DNA from: the human T2T-CHM13v2.0 reference genome, Homo sapiens
DNA: 64,000 nt
Assembly (NCBI RefSeq): GCF_009914755.1
Contig: NC_060941.1
Strand: one strand, 5' to 3'
Part shown: in pieces, positions 35,336-52,560 of the stretch
How the letters are laid out: the number at the start of each line of letters is the position of its first letter
How positions within the stretch are numbered: the first letter of the stretch is position 1
Position numbers and translations under genes: made by a program
The notes under the pieces: generated by a model
The model's database searches: none
Told to the model about the DNA's origin: nothing
Seen by the model: the letters and a program-made list of their open reading frames with translations, nothing else

Positions 35336-36149
35336 AAATGTTACACAAAAATAACAAGACAAACAATTGCAAAAATAATAATAGTATAATAAATAATAAT
35401 ATTTGAACAATTGTAAAATAATAGTAATAACAACACGCTTCTGGGTGTTCAGCTGGTGCTGAAGGATCCCTTTCCATTAAAAAAATATATATATATATAC
35501 TGGGCAATATGTTGCCAAAAAAGATAAATATATAACCAAGCTTAAAATAAAAAATGTATAATACACAGTGCCAGAAACAAAAAAGGAATCCAGAGACGAA
35601 AGCAGAAGCTGAGATAGAGGAGATCCGTGAATCCCATGAGTCAGACGAATAAAGAAAGAGGCTCCAGGGCCAGAGCCTAAAAACCACACTGTGAACTCCA
35701 CCAACCTGACCTCAGCCTGTGGATGGCAAGGAGCTGATGTGGCACCCACTTTATAGCAGGGACACTTGAAGGGCCATTCCATCCTTACAGGAACTTACAA
35801 AAAGAACCTTCTTTGCGGAAGCGGCAAAGAAACCATTCACAGACAGTGAGAGAGAAAATTCACACATGAGTAATTAAAACCCTAAGCCTGTGCCACTTCT
35901 GGGTGTAGGGTCTAAATTTACACCACCCATGTAGAATGGAAACTCTAAACTATAAATTTAGCCTATAAAATATTCAAGATTAGTGAAACACTCAGGCCCA
36001 GCAGGAAACAAGGCCGGTCTTTATGAGGACATTTTCCCAACCTAGGGCACAAAAGACTTCCCCCAAAAAGAAAAGAGAGGTATGTGTGACCAAGATGAGT
36101 TCACAATCACAAATGAGAAAGAAGACCCATGAGGTATATTTAGTGTGCG

Positions 36150-36176
36150 CACACACACACACACACACACACACAG
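36150..36176. repeat. (CA)n microsatellite
   Basis: About 13 units. Confidence 0.95.
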
Positions 36177-37109
36177 AGCAGAATTAACACCCTTGAGAAC
36201 TGGAGGGATGAGAGCAGTCTGAAAGTGCTGATGAAATATATGACTTAAATGGTTAGGGAGAGAAAAGGTAAAATACAAAACAGAATTCAGGCTTAAAGGG
36301 AAGAAGGTTGGCTCCATTTGGAATTTGTGGAGCATAAGGAGTCTTTAGGACATCCAGGTAGAGGTTAGCAGGAGGTTACCAAAAATGCGAGTGTGGAGCC
36401 CAGAAGAAAGGTCCTGGCTGGAGATAGAGCAAGGAGTTGTCATCGAGGTGGCTGGAGCACCCATGGAGGCAGTGTGACTGGCCAGAGCGTCCAGCATGAG
36501 GCAGGGGAGGGGGGCCTGGAATGAGTCCTGTGTCTAAGGGCAGGCAACTTGAAGAAGACAAGAGGATCTGCTCTGTCTATGCCACCAATTTCCATTGCAT
36601 TCCTTTCCAGGAAGAGTTCACGGATCTTCCTTTCCCCAAGATACTTCCCAGAGCCTCTCAGAGCCTTGTCCCAGCCTGCCTTACTGCATAGTAACCCCTG
36701 GCTCTGATCTGTCGCTTCCACTCTGCTGCAAGCTTCTCAGGAATGACAAGGCCATCCTGCTTGTCTTTATTCCCCCTACATTGAGCACAGGGTTGAGCCC
36801 CTGTGATGGCTCCATAAATGATTATTGAAATGAATGTGTGTGTTCTGTCATGTTGTGGGAATTCACATTATGAATTCACACGAGAATGGGACTTGGAAGG
36901 AGCTGGAAATCCAGCTGGTTTCCTCTTCCTCTTACCCTCTCTCCTCTCTTCTTCCCGCTCCCCATTCTGTACTGGGAGGAAATAGTACCAACCCTCGGAC
37001 TCAGGTAAGCACTGCCCTTCATTCATGAGCACCAGGAAGCATTTGTGAGGGCTGCCACTTGTGCAACATTGGTCATGCTTCTCCCCCTTCCATCATTATA
37101 AGAATGACC

Positions 37110-37290
37110 TGCTATCGAATGCACTTTGCAAATATCATCTCATTTAATCATCACAGCTTTTTTACTAGTCCTCCACTCTGCAGATGAAGAAACAGAAGAC
37201 CAGGGAGGTGATGTGACTTTTCCTGACCACACAGCCATGGAGTGGCATGGCTGAAGTTCAAACCCAGGCCTCTCTGACTCCAGCACTGCA
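37110..37290. mobile_element. MIR
   Basis: catttaatcatcacagc...gcagatgaagaaacaga...aaacccaggcctctctgactcc. Confidence 0.75.
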
Positions 37291-39216
37291 GCTTCTGCCT
37301 CTGTCCTGGACCTCCCGCTGTGCTTCCTCGTCCCCTGCCCTCCAGTGCCCTCCCAGCTCACTCTGCCTCTTGCTCACCTGACCGACTGCCCTTAGCTCTC
37401 ACTGGGTCTGAGTCATACATTCTTTAGCAGACAAGTGGGGATGGGGGATGGGAAGGGGATGGCCAAATGGATGGTACAAATCCATATTTGTCTTTTCAAG
37501 GCTACAAGCACTATTGTGGGGCAGGACCTAGAATCCATGACCCCTTCTAGGCCCCCTCTGGGGTTCTCGGGATGAAGGAAAGAGCAGCAAAGGACCCACT
37601 GGCAGATACATGGCTATGACGACTGGTAAGTTGTCTCTGGATTGCCCTTGGGGGCCAGAGTCAGAGCCCCCCCTTCTCGTGGATGGGACAGTGGTACAGG
37701 GTGCCTTTCCTTTCAGACTCATGGTTCCTTGAGCCTGACTTTGTTGGGGCCCAGAACTGTGCCAAGCCTTAGTCCAGTCCGGGAGGTGAAGCCCTGGACT
37801 GGGAATCAGAAGACCAGGAATCTGAGCCTGATGTTGCCACCAGCTTGGGGGACTTTGGGCAAGACGTGGCTCCTCTGAGCCTGGGTTCTTTGTTGGTTAG
37901 ATGGGATGACCACACCAGGCCTGCCCATTTCTCAGGATGAGTGCTTTGGCAAAAGGAGAGCTCTGAACCAAGGAGGCAAGGATGGGGATGAGAAAAGGAA
38001 CAGGAACAGGGCAAGATGGTCACTACCAAGGCAGCCGTTCCCGTGGGCTGGGCCAGGACCATCTCACTGAATGCCTCCTGAGAGCATGGCCTTGCCCACT
38101 CGGCAACTCTGGGCCAGAGCACGACTGCGAATGACAGGAGCAAGAGAGGAAGGAGAAGAGAAGATGAAGAAGAAATAAAGTAGGAGGAGTGGTATGTGGG
38201 GTGGGGAAGGAGGGATGGAAGAAACCAACTTGAGGGTAACAGGTACAGAGGTTAGCACCCTGCATCCCAGATGTGGGTCTAGCCCTGGCTCTGCTTCTCA
38301 CTCCATTGTAACATTAATCAAATACAGCCCTCAGCTGAAGATCTCTGAGCTCAGTTTCCCATATGTGAGCTCAGATTTTACGACATCTTCAGCCACGTTG
38401 TCCGTTTGAATTTTAAAGCCTTGCCCCATTGCTTCACTGTCAGGAGCCCTTCCTGGATCCCCTCTCCTGCCTCCTGAAAGTCATGCCTCTCCCTTCTGAG
38501 CTAACACCCTCAGCTTAAGCCTGATCCACATATCTTGACTTATACGTGTCACACATCACAAGACAGAGGCCTCAGATGAATCACCTTTGGTTGCTCCTGC
38601 CAAGCACTTATACACAGTAGGTGCTCAATGAGCCTGTTAGTGATGAACAATAGCCAAACAGATGGATAGATGGATGCCAAAAAGAATCAGCCTGCTTTGT
38701 AGGCTGATCAAACTCCTGGTCAAAACTCTTCTCCATAGAAAGCCTCCTGGATTAATCCCCAGCCATATACTCCTTCTTCAACAACTCCACCAAAGGAAAT
38801 CCTGATTCTCACTGCTGTCCTTCTCTCTCCCCTTAGACCTCAGCTCCTGTCCTGCTCAAAGGCTCCTCCAACTGTCACCCTCCTTATTCAGCAGATTCCA
38901 ATACCAAAGACCTGGCAGTCCAAGGAGCTTGGACCCAGGCACCTGCCATTAACCACCCGTGCCACTGGGGTAGTCATTCTGTGGACAAAGGAAGCTCTGT
39001 TGAAGTAGGCTGGAGCTTTTATGCCACAGAAAACCCCACAGAAGTCCCCATGAGAGTTCCTGTAAGTGGCAAAATTCAGGGATGCTATGAAGGAGGAACC
39101 AAGGCAGATAGACTCTTCACAGAAGGCCCAAGCCCCAGCCCCAGTCACCAGCCCTACAGCGCCCCCTGCAACACACCTATGTGCACATCCTGGTCATGAG
39201 AGAAGCAGAGTCTCAC

Positions 39217-39324
39217 CTTGATGCTCGTCCAGTTTCCCCATGGTCTCGATCTGCTCCACGAGGTCATTGGAGTTCCACTGGCTCATCCCAATGAGGATGG
39301 CATTCTTCCCTTCAGCCATCTCCT
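39217..39324 (-). CDS. PITPNM3: PITPNM3 exon 3 (108 nt, phase 1-1), encodes (E)EMAEGKNAILIGMSQWNSNDLVEQIETMGKLDEHQ
   Basis: Acceptor cttcttcccacag|AGG, donor CAAG|gtgaga; lies within ORF 39194..39406. Confidence 0.97.
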
Positions 39325-40519
39325 CTGTGGGAAGAAGCAGCGGTGAGCAGAAGCAGGTGCAGCTAGGGATAGGTAGCCCTATCAGGAGCTTATGTCTGAG
39401 GGACATTTTCTCTTGTCCTATTTCTTCCTTGAGTTGAGGTACACCTCAACTCTTGAAGGTGTCTGTAGCTAGACAGTTACAAGACTTGCAGAGATTTATC
39501 ATTGAAAGAAGGTACTGTTGTACCCTACTGGGCCTCCACGTGCAACAGCAAAAGAAAGTAACAAAAAGCCTGAAACCCCATAGAAAGTACCATTCCTAGC
39601 ACTGATGGCAGTATCTCTTGAAAGTCAGTGTGTTTGGGAAGAAAGAGCAAAACCTTGTCATTTGCAAGCAGTTTTTCTTTAAATTACTGACTTCTCTGAC
39701 CCTCGATTTTCCCATCACTAAAATGGATCTGGCCACAGAGGTGTTGTGAGGATTAAATGAGATAATGGATGTAAAGGTCTTAGTGCAGAGGAGGTGCTCA
39801 TAGATGAGAGCAATCATGATGATGTCATCACATGAGAAGTAACTCACCACCAGGAGTTGAGTGGATGAGGATTTGTGTGCTGCAGAAGCAGCTCTGGAGT
39901 AACTGGAGGAGAAGAAACCTTCCGGTTCTAAGGAAGCTTTGACTTGTATGGAACCTTTAGCCCCCATCTGAACTTTATGACCCTCTTAATTCCTCCATTC
40001 TCTCCCACTCCTCCCCTCAACCCTGTCTCTATCCTTGTTCTTTCCTTGTCTGAGCATAGTGAGTCTTCTGGGAGAAATCAGTGGGGCTATATTCCATAAC
40101 CACGCTGAATACAAGGCCCTGGGTCCCACACATCAGATACACACATCTGGTACCATCCCTCATCCTACAAAGGGACATTTCTTCAAAGACAAACCCTTAG
40201 GCATGTGTGCTCTCCTCCCCATACTTTGCCGAAAAACAGATGTGCCTTTCTGGTGAAGAGCTTTGTGCCCTCCCTCGCAGAACAGACATCAAAGGGTGTT
40301 GAGGACAATCTCCAAGCTTATGATAATTAAGAATAAAGGGTTGAGATCCATTTCACTGCCAAAGAACTTTACCTAGCAGAAGGAATCAATATGGTGCATC
40401 TGAAGCTTTGGGAGCTGTCCAGAGTTCTGATTCACTCAAGAGCTCAGTTGACCAGACCCCCAATTCTGGTTAGGACATCTCCTCCTGTCTTATTTTATGT
40501 ATCTATTTGATTGACTTAA

Positions 40520-40740
40520 CAACACTTATCTAACCGTTACCATACACTGAGATTATTATAAGTGCTTTACAAATATTAACTCGATTCTCAAAACAATACA
40601 AAAAAGGTAAAATTGTTATTATCTCCATTTTATAGACAAGGAAACTGAGGCACAGAGTAGCTGAGTAATTCTTGCCCAAGGTCACTGGCTAGAGCCAGGA
40701 TTTAAAACCAGGTATACTATTTCAAGAGTCCTGAAATCCT
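40520..40740. mobile_element. MIR
   Basis: ccattttatagacaaggaaactgaggcacagag. Confidence 0.8.
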
Positions 40741-42295
40741 GCCATCCTGATAGCCTGCCCTGGACATCCTGTATTGGCTGCCCACACTCCAGCCAGGCAC
40801 CACACACATTCGGACAATTTCCTGAGCCCAGTGTGTTCCATCTGGGAACTGGTTTATTCTGTGCTGGGCAGGGCCCTGACCAGGTTCCAGTGCAGATCCT
40901 GCTGCATGTGAGCTTTGTGCTTTTCCACACCCTCCACCACTGTGTCTGCTTTCCTATCTTTTAAACAATAACGACTCAGGGTCTATAGCTCTGTCTAGCA
41001 AGCTGCTGTGGGGACAAATAATATAGCAAATTTGAAAATACGACGCAAGTCAAGGTGCTGTAAACAAATATGAGGTGATATTATTCTTCGGGAAGCAGAA
41101 TTATGAAGAGGTTAAGAGCTCAATTCTCATGTTAGATTGATTTTTTTCAATCCTGGACCCACCATCTGCTAGCAATACAACTGCAGTTTCCTCATCTAAA
41201 AGTGATATCATCGTAGGGCCTCTGTCATTGGATTGTTGTGAGCATTAAGTGAGAAGATGCAGGTAAAGGTGTTTGTAAGAGTGCCCCACACACAGTAAAA
41301 GCACAGGCTGAGATGCCATTGCATGATGGTATCATCATCACCAGCACCACCACCACCAGTAGGAGCATGGGTGTTATGCCCCACACTCACTCTTGGTTCC
41401 ACTCCTGCTGTTGTTGGCCCCTATGACATTCTACCCCAGCTGTAGAGTGAGGTAATCAGGATCAGCCCAATTACCACCTTGAGTTCTTTGTCTCCTGGTT
41501 CAGTTACTCAAGCATGGAGCTATCCATTTGTTCATTCTAGCATTCAATCTACGGTGAATAGATTCCTGAGCACCTACTGTGTGCAGGGTGAGACACAACC
41601 TCCCTCCTGCTGGAATCCAGTTTTGTGAAAAACATGATAGAAATACCTCTGACATAAGCTGAGAGAGCCAGGTATGCAGCAGGCACTCAGCACATCCTAG
41701 CTTTCTTCTACAGTGCCATAAGTCCTGTCCCAGTGGTTTATGCAAGGCTACTGGAACCCTGTGGGGTCTCCCAGGGCTCTGGAGGTCTGAGCATGCCTAC
41801 TCCTGCATGGCCCAGGCCACTTTCCTCTTTTTCCTAATCACCAGTATAACCCTGCTCCATCTTTGGCTTTTGGGCTTTTGTCTGTTTCCGATCAAATATG
41901 TCCTTCTCTACCAGAGTCTCACCGTGCTTCTCTCACGCTTTACATCTGGCCCTGACTCACTCAGATCTGAGCTCTCTGGACCCCTTTCTATGGGTCTGTG
42001 TCTCTCTTGGTCCTTGTAGTTCTCTTTGCCTCTCCCAAGCTCTCCCATGCTGCCTGCCACATCCGTATCTCTCTCTGGGTGGAACACGTATGCATTGCCT
42101 TGCTCTCTTCTCACCCCAGCATCTCTCTCTTTCCTTTCTCTGGGTCTCATCTTATCAGGCTGGGTATGTCTCTTTCTTGATCTCTCTCATTCTCTATGGA
42201 TTTCTCTTTTGTCTCTCTGGGTCCCTGTCCTCAGGATCTCTCCAGCCCCCTGCTCCCTAAGGGTGTTCTCCCTCCCCTCCCTGTTCTCTCTTGCT

Positions 42296-42458
42296 ATGTG
42301 TGTGTGCACGTGTGCACGTGCATGTGTGTGTGCATGCATGTGTGTGCATGCATGTGTGAGTGCATACATGCATTGTGTGCATGTGTGTACATGCAAGTGT
42401 GAGTGTGTACATGCATGTGTGAGTATGTGCATATGTGCATGTGTGTGCATATGTGTGT
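42296..42458. repeat. Degenerate (TG/TGCA)n alternating purine-pyrimidine tract
   Basis: About 160 nt of RY alternation after a long CT-rich stretch. Confidence 0.9.
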
Positions 42459-43170
42459 GGCCCTCTCTCCCTCCTGCTCCCTCTCACTCTCTGCTTTATC
42501 TTACCTTCTCTGGCATTCTCACACTCCCTGCCCCTCCGCCCATCCCTGTCTCTCTGCTGCTCTGTGCACCCTCCCAACTCCCCAACATGCTTTCTCTCCC
42601 ACACTCAGCCTTTACGTCTTCACTCTGGCAACAATTGGCTTGTCCCCTGAGAAGCAACAAGAACACACACACACACACACATACACACGGAAGCAGCAGC
42701 AGCAATATCTCCTTTTGGAGCCATTCAGGCAAAGAGGGGAGCTGCAGGGCTCAGCTTGAAGTCTTTGCTCTGCTTCCCACATTGTAGGACATGCCTCCAA
42801 CAGGACCTGTGGAGGCCACAGCGTGCTCATTTGTATAAACGCCCTGGTTGATTTTGCTTTTCACCTTCTGATGACTGTCTCCTGCATGCTAATTCTCATC
42901 CTGGTGACCTCTGCTTCGGACATGGTTTTAGCATGTACTTCACCCTACTGAGACCTGACCCAGCTCTGATTAAGCTCCAAGCTGAGCCTCACCCACTGTC
43001 ACAATAGCCCTGGCCTTGACCACAGATTGACTCTGACCCTGACCAAAACCTGGTTATACTCTACTCCTGTAAGCACAACCTACAATGCCATAAGGAAAGC
43101 CTTTCTTCCTATCCTGGAGCTTCTGTTTCTACTGTTGACAGGACTCCAGAGTAAAGAATCTCTTTGTCTT

Positions 43171-43521
<351 letters not shown>

Positions 43522-45667
43522 TCACATTCTGCAGATGGCCCATCCAGTACCACTCATCATCAGGCCCACAACATGGATTTCTCCAAGGACCTAGATATGC
43601 ATTGCTTGGGGCTCTGGACCACAAGATTGCTCACATTCACCTTGCACTGCCTACCACATGCCCCCATGGCCCCCCTATAGCCAATACCATGACTCCCTCT
43701 TCCTTGTGAGGGGCAGTCCCCACACAGCCCATCCCCAGACATGTTGGGGCTGGTTCCATGGCGTTCTCTTTTCCACTTCCCCTCCCCCAATGGGGGAAAA
43801 GGTAGAGGGAGAGTGGGGGCCTGTGGCACACCTGTGCTTTGCTTCTGTGATGGCTCCTTGGCCCAGGAATAATCACGCAGCTTCCCACGGTGACATCCTT
43901 CCACTCCCTCCAGGAGACAAACAGTTCTACCCTTGCCATTCTACAGATGAGGAACCTGAGGCTCAGAGACCCAAGACTTGCCTGAGATCAGAGGGCAGAC
44001 AGTCAGTGACAACTATCATGGAAACCTGGTCCTCTATGCCCAGAGGACACATACCATTTTCTTCTGTTCCCCCTTCTCTCACCCTTGGGGTTGGAAACTG
44101 CCGGGAGGCTGAGTGATCACAGGGAAAGCTCAGATCAAAATGAGAAGGCTTGGCATGTGCCCCCCATTCTCTGTGAGACCTGACCCTGACTTTGAAATTT
44201 CGTCTGTAAAATGGGATGATTTAGCCGTGCACTACCTTCCTCTCCCAATTGCTATGGGAAACCAGGAGTTAGAGGCACAAGCAGATTCCGCAACACAGAA
44301 CCCAGCTCCTCAGGCCCCAGCCTCCCACCTTGGGGAGTGGGGGAGGGGAGGACCAGCCAGGCTGGCCACTGAGAGAGCAAGAAACCAAGGACACAAAAGA
44401 CATGGGGGTAAATGCAGAAAGGAGGACTCCTCCAGCTTCTAGCTCAGAGAGTTCCCTTAGCCCTGCTGAAGGAGACAAGTCTTGTGCTTTGCTCTTGATC
44501 CAGCTACCCAGTGCCAGACGTGCCCTGAGAGTAAATCCTAGATCCACCACCACCACCACCATACCCAGCCCATTCCTGGCCCTGATGGCATTTTTGTCTC
44601 TGCAACTGTCAGGGCCTGGCCTGCTTATGCATATTCATGGAGGGAGGGCTATTTAGATGCTGGAGGGGGTTGGGAAACCGAAAGAAAAGTATTTCCCATT
44701 CAAGTGAGGGAATGGACCTGGACACCACAGCCAACAGAGCCTTGCAAGGCCATGGGGAGCCTCATTGACAGATCCTTCCAGGTGAAGCCCAGCATCCTCA
44801 TTTTACAGGTACAGAGCTGTGCCACTGGCCCACGGCCATGCAGAACCTCAGGGGAAGGGCTGGGCCAAGAATCGAGATCCTGCCAATTAAAGGCACTCCC
44901 AGTAACACTATCTCCTGGCAGTTAATTTCATGAAACCACCTCTGTTTGTACCTAGATGTTTGCTGGTACAAATAATTGGATATTGTTCCAATTATTTCCA
45001 ATATCCAAATAATTGGATTATTCTTTCCATCTAAGGTTAAAGTGAAGGATGCAGCTGATATTTTCTAAATGAAGACATACATTTTGCTATAAAAACAGAA
45101 CACAAAGTGAGCTAGTCTTGGCATATCCAGCCAAATCCCAAATAAACTCAACCAATACCACAGTGACTGCACTAGCCCCAACCTTGCATCCTTTCAGGGA
45201 TGAAGACTTCAAAAGACCGTTTCATTTTTCTCTCTAGAACTTAGCGTTTCATAGCCAGGAACCCTGGGAAACCTGGGCTGCTCTAACATGTCAACCCATC
45301 CTCCTTGGTCCACTAAGCTTTTCTTACCCATGGCTTCTGGCCAGACTACCTGTCACCCAGCAATCTTCATCCCTCACAATAAGGAGCTCACTCAAGGTCC
45401 AGGCATGGTTCCATTTTGAGGATCCATCCTGCACTACGGACTCTGAGTTCTGCATCTCTGGCCTTCTCTGGGACAGGGACGGGGTACCCAGGGCCAACCC
45501 TGAGCCTGGCCAGGAAAGCATGTCCAGAGGACACCCACTGCCTTCCACAATATGGGCTACTGGGTCTAGTCTGCCCCCTCTCTCCTTGCTGGGGCTGTGA
45601 ACCCACAGCACTGAGCCAGTGCCTCCCTGGCTCACTCTGGCCACACCAGCCTTCCTGCTGTTGCTCA

Positions 45668-46070
<403 letters not shown>

Positions 46071-46169
46071 TCATTACTCAGCTCTCAGCTCAGGGCCACA
46101 CCCCAGGGACCCTCTAGCAGCCATCCACTCTATCATGTCCTTTTATGTTATATGGTGGGGACAGTCTCC

Positions 46170-47603
<1,434 letters not shown>

Positions 47604-49128
47604 TATGGTAATTCTTAATAGAATGTATTTGCTTGTGTATTGTCTTCCTATTTGTCACCTACCACCACCACTAGGCTATGAGCTCCATTGGCTGGGGCAG
47701 GACTCGCTTGCTCCTGTATCCCCCACACCCAGAAGAGCACCTGGCACTTGATGGACGGACGCACCATTAATACTGTGGACAGAGTAAATGAATGAGGCTG
47801 AATTCTAGCTCCCGCTCTGCCTCTTTGTGTGGCCCTAAACAAGGTTCCCCGGCCTCCATTTCCCAGCTTGTAAAGTGAGTCAGAGGTGTTAGATTCAAAA
47901 ACCTTGAGGAGCCTCCCAGCTCTGGCTTGTTCTGGGTTGGAGGCCACATCCCCTTCTGGCCACTCTGGGTTTTCCCTTACCCTGCATCTTCCAACCTCGG
48001 CACTGCTGGGCTGTGGCCCCCCAGATATCCTGTCTTGACAGGGGAGGGAGTGACACTTCTTTTGAATCTGGGAGCCTGGACCCCATAGCCCACCCTGCAG
48101 CATCTCATCACTCCTGAGTCCCAGACCTGCCACCTTAGCCAGAGGAGCTGGCACCCTGCCGAGGAGTTGTTATGGTTCCAGAGAGCTCAATACTCCTGCC
48201 TGACTGTTCCCTAATCCCTCCCATGCCTTCCATGCAGAACCAGAGACCCCCAGAACCCAGAACTCCTCTCTGCTCCCAGACCATGAGCTCCAAGGGCCTC
48301 TCCAGGTGAACCCCATTGCCAGGCCAAAGGGTTGGGGCTGATGGCTGCAAGGGAGGGAGGACGGTCCTAATCGGTAACACATCAAAGGGAAAGGGCTGAC
48401 CTGGACACTAAACTCCCGGGTTCCAGCCCCTGCACTTCCACCTTGATGTGTGATCTGGTGGTGGTGGGGGGCAGGGGGTCCCTTTGGTGCTGTGGCCTCA
48501 GTTTCCCCATTAGTGCACTGAGGAGGAAGGAGATACACTGTTCCCAGGTCCAGTCAGTGCTGGTACCTAGCTACGCAGTTTCTTCCAGTGTAGACGCCGC
48601 TTGGTTTCTCATTCCTCTGGTCATTTTTGTATCAGTTGAGGTGGGCAGGGGTGGGGGATCACGACGGGGGTTATGGGCAGAGGAGGGAGTACAGATGCAG
48701 GAGCTCTCAGGGACAGAAGGCTGCCCAGGCAGCAATGAGACTGCCATACCCAGGGCAGCACGAAGCCCAGGAGTTGGCTGCAAGTACCCAGCTGGTCTCT
48801 GCAGGGAGACACAGAGAAGGTCACCTGTGAAGACCTCCACACGTGCAGGAACTGTTGAAATAGACATCCATGGCAGCCAAGGAGTCTTTTGAGGGGCTCA
48901 TGGGGGAAACCCAGGGAGCTTTGGAGGCTCTGGTGCAGGATGTCTGAGTGGGGCTGGATTTAATGGTGTTGGCCCCACCACAACTAGAGTTGGAACTGTT
49001 GAGGCCACAGGATGCCAGGCCATGCTCAAGCGGAAGACAGAGACCACACCCAGGGTCAGGGTCAGGGTCAGGGTTCAGCCTGGGCTGGAGAGCAGAGGGC
49101 AGGGAAGCAGACCCTCAAGGGATACTCA

Positions 49129-49952
<824 letters not shown>

Positions 49953-51100
49953 AGGAGATGATGAGAAAGAAAACACAGGGCCACCAACATGGGAGGAGTG
50001 AGAAGTGGGGCCGATTTCACGGCAGAACAAGCCGTGAGATGGGAGGGAGAGGACAGAGACAACGGAGGGGCCAGGGAGACAGCCGTCAGCATGAGAAGCA
50101 CTGCAGCTGCTCTCAGGGACGGCAGGTGAGCAGGGCCCGAAGGGATAGAGCTGACCCTCGCGCCACCCACAGATGCCTCTGTCGTCAGCTGGGAACGCAG
50201 AGCCCTGATGAACTGCAGAAATGTTTTAAATGAAAGTCTTCCAAGCATCAAAATATTGAAGCTGTTGTTGTCTCACTGTGGGTTAGTTGCTATGGAGAAA
50301 TTCAGCCCCAGCAGCCACTCTAATTAGACGCCCATGGGAGACAGGCCCCAAATGGGCTGGTTTAGGGCTGGCCTCAGGGAAGGGGTTCCCCGCCCAGAGC
50401 CAAGAATGGGGGACAGCTCCCCACCTCCCAGCCACATGTCCTAAAAATCACCCAAACTGAGTCTTCTCCACTGTTGGAGGCATAGAGCTGGTAGGGAAAC
50501 TGAGGCCCAGAGAAAGTGAAAGCCCCGCCAAGGTCACAGAACTAGTCGATGGCATGGCTGAGACCACATCCCAAGTGTCCCGCTCTGGGTATTGACGTCT
50601 TCCCAGCACGTAGTCTGTTTCTCTTCCAAGACCCCGTTTGCCAAGCATTTCAAAGCCAGCTCCGTCTCAGGAGTAAGTCAACACCCTAAATATGGTGACT
50701 TCCCAGAGTGGGGCCACGCAGGCCAAGCAAGAGCCAGGGACTGTCCTGGGCTGTGGAGCAGGACCCTGGTGCTTCTCCCCAACTCCTCTGCAGCCCAGCA
50801 GAGCATGGCTAGGGAGGGTCTTCTCTGCTCAATTCCAGACCGATTCTACCTTCCCATGCCTGTACACCTGCCTGGGTACTCGTGCCTCTGAGCCTTCAAG
50901 GCTGATCTCTGCCTGAAATGTCCACCCCTTTGGATGCCCCTTTCTTTCAATCCCAACGTCAACAATGCTCCTTCCTATGTCTCATGGGTTGGCCGGGAAG
51001 AGATGCAGAGGTCATTTCCCCACCCTCCTTGTCCCTCACCTGAACACTGGCAACAGTCTTTCTAACACTCTGGCACTCCCTGCATCTATGAGGCTCATTT

Positions 51101-51496
<396 letters not shown>

Positions 51497-51842
51497 TAGT
51501 GGCGATGGTCCCCATTCGTCATTGTATTTTCTTGGATGTCTGCCTCTCCTGCAAGGCTATAAGTATGATGAGAGCAGCAATGTGACGACTGATTGCCACA
51601 GGATCCCTGGCACCTAGCAGAGTTCCCGGCACATGTGAGGGGTTCAGCAAATATTTCAAACAGTGAACAGACGAAGGCTGAGCCCCTGCTCTTGGCACAC
51701 CCACAGGATGGGTAAGTATGGAGTGTGGAGCTGCAGATACCACGTCTGAGTGGGGAGGGATGCGGACCCCCAAATGGGATCTTCTTCTTGAGGCTTCTAG
51801 GAAGGTCACCCAGCCAGTGATATGAGACTGGGGTTCACTCAC

Positions 51843-51938
51843 CTCTGGCATCAAAGAATTCATCATCTGAGCTCTCCACAGAGTCACTGAGGACATTTCG
51901 AAGGTGCCAGGGGGCACCGCCGCCCGGGGGAGGACCAC
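51843..51938 (-). CDS. PITPNM3: PITPNM3 exon 2 (96 nt, phase 1-1), encodes (G)GPPPGGGAPWHLRNVLSDSVESSDDEFFDAR with acidic tract and FFAT core
   Basis: Acceptor ttccctttaacag|GTGG, donor CAGAG|gtgagt; this frame is not in the ORF track. Confidence 0.97.
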
Positions 51939-52224
51939 CTGTTAAAGGGAACACATCTGTTAACCAAGCCTGAGATGTTGTCCCAGTATGAGGGAGGTGA
52001 CCCAAGACCCCCCTGGACTAAAGGCCAGTTAGCATCCTGCACATCTGTGCCCTCTCCCTCCGAGGCCTCAGACCTCACAGAGCCCTCCCTCTCCTGTGCT
52101 GTCATTGAAGCTCAAAAACCTCTCTGAGTAAGTGCAGCAGAGCAGGAATGCGTGTGCCCATTTTCCATGTCCTAACACTGAGGCTGGTGGTAGTTATGAG
52201 CCTTTGCCAAGGTGACTTTGCCAA

Positions 52225-52560
52225 GCAGCGTCTCAGTCAGCACAGGGGAAGCTCTGCTGTATTAACAAATGAGCTCAGACGTTTAAACATCAATGGTTCA
52301 TTTCTCACTCACATACAGGTTGGAAGGGAGCTCTGCTCATTGCTGTCACTCATAAGTGCCACCACCTTACGATGTCACCAGCCCAAAAGGAGACATCAAG
52401 TTCTGGCCAAGCAGGGGAGAAGAGCTCAGAAAATCTCACCTAGTCTTAAATGCTTCTGCCCAGAAATCACACACTTCTGCTCGCATTTCACTGGCCCTGA
52501 CTACCAGGCACACACGTCCTGTCCCTCAGAGACCTGCATTCTTGTATCAGCAATGCCCCT
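52225..52560. mobile_element. MLT1-like ERVL-MaLR LTR fragment
   Basis: ttcatttctcactcac, cttaaatgcttctgcccagaaat, cttctgctcgcatttcactggcc. Confidence 0.65.

Noticed and set aside
42026-42787. Longest ORF (253 aa, CV-rich)
   Set aside because: Stop-poor low-complexity CT/TG sequence with no recognisable domain
51519-51938. ORF-track 139-aa protein overlapping exon 2
   Set aside because: Wrong frame; it starts at the GTG at the exon edge, and the real frame gives the FFAT peptide
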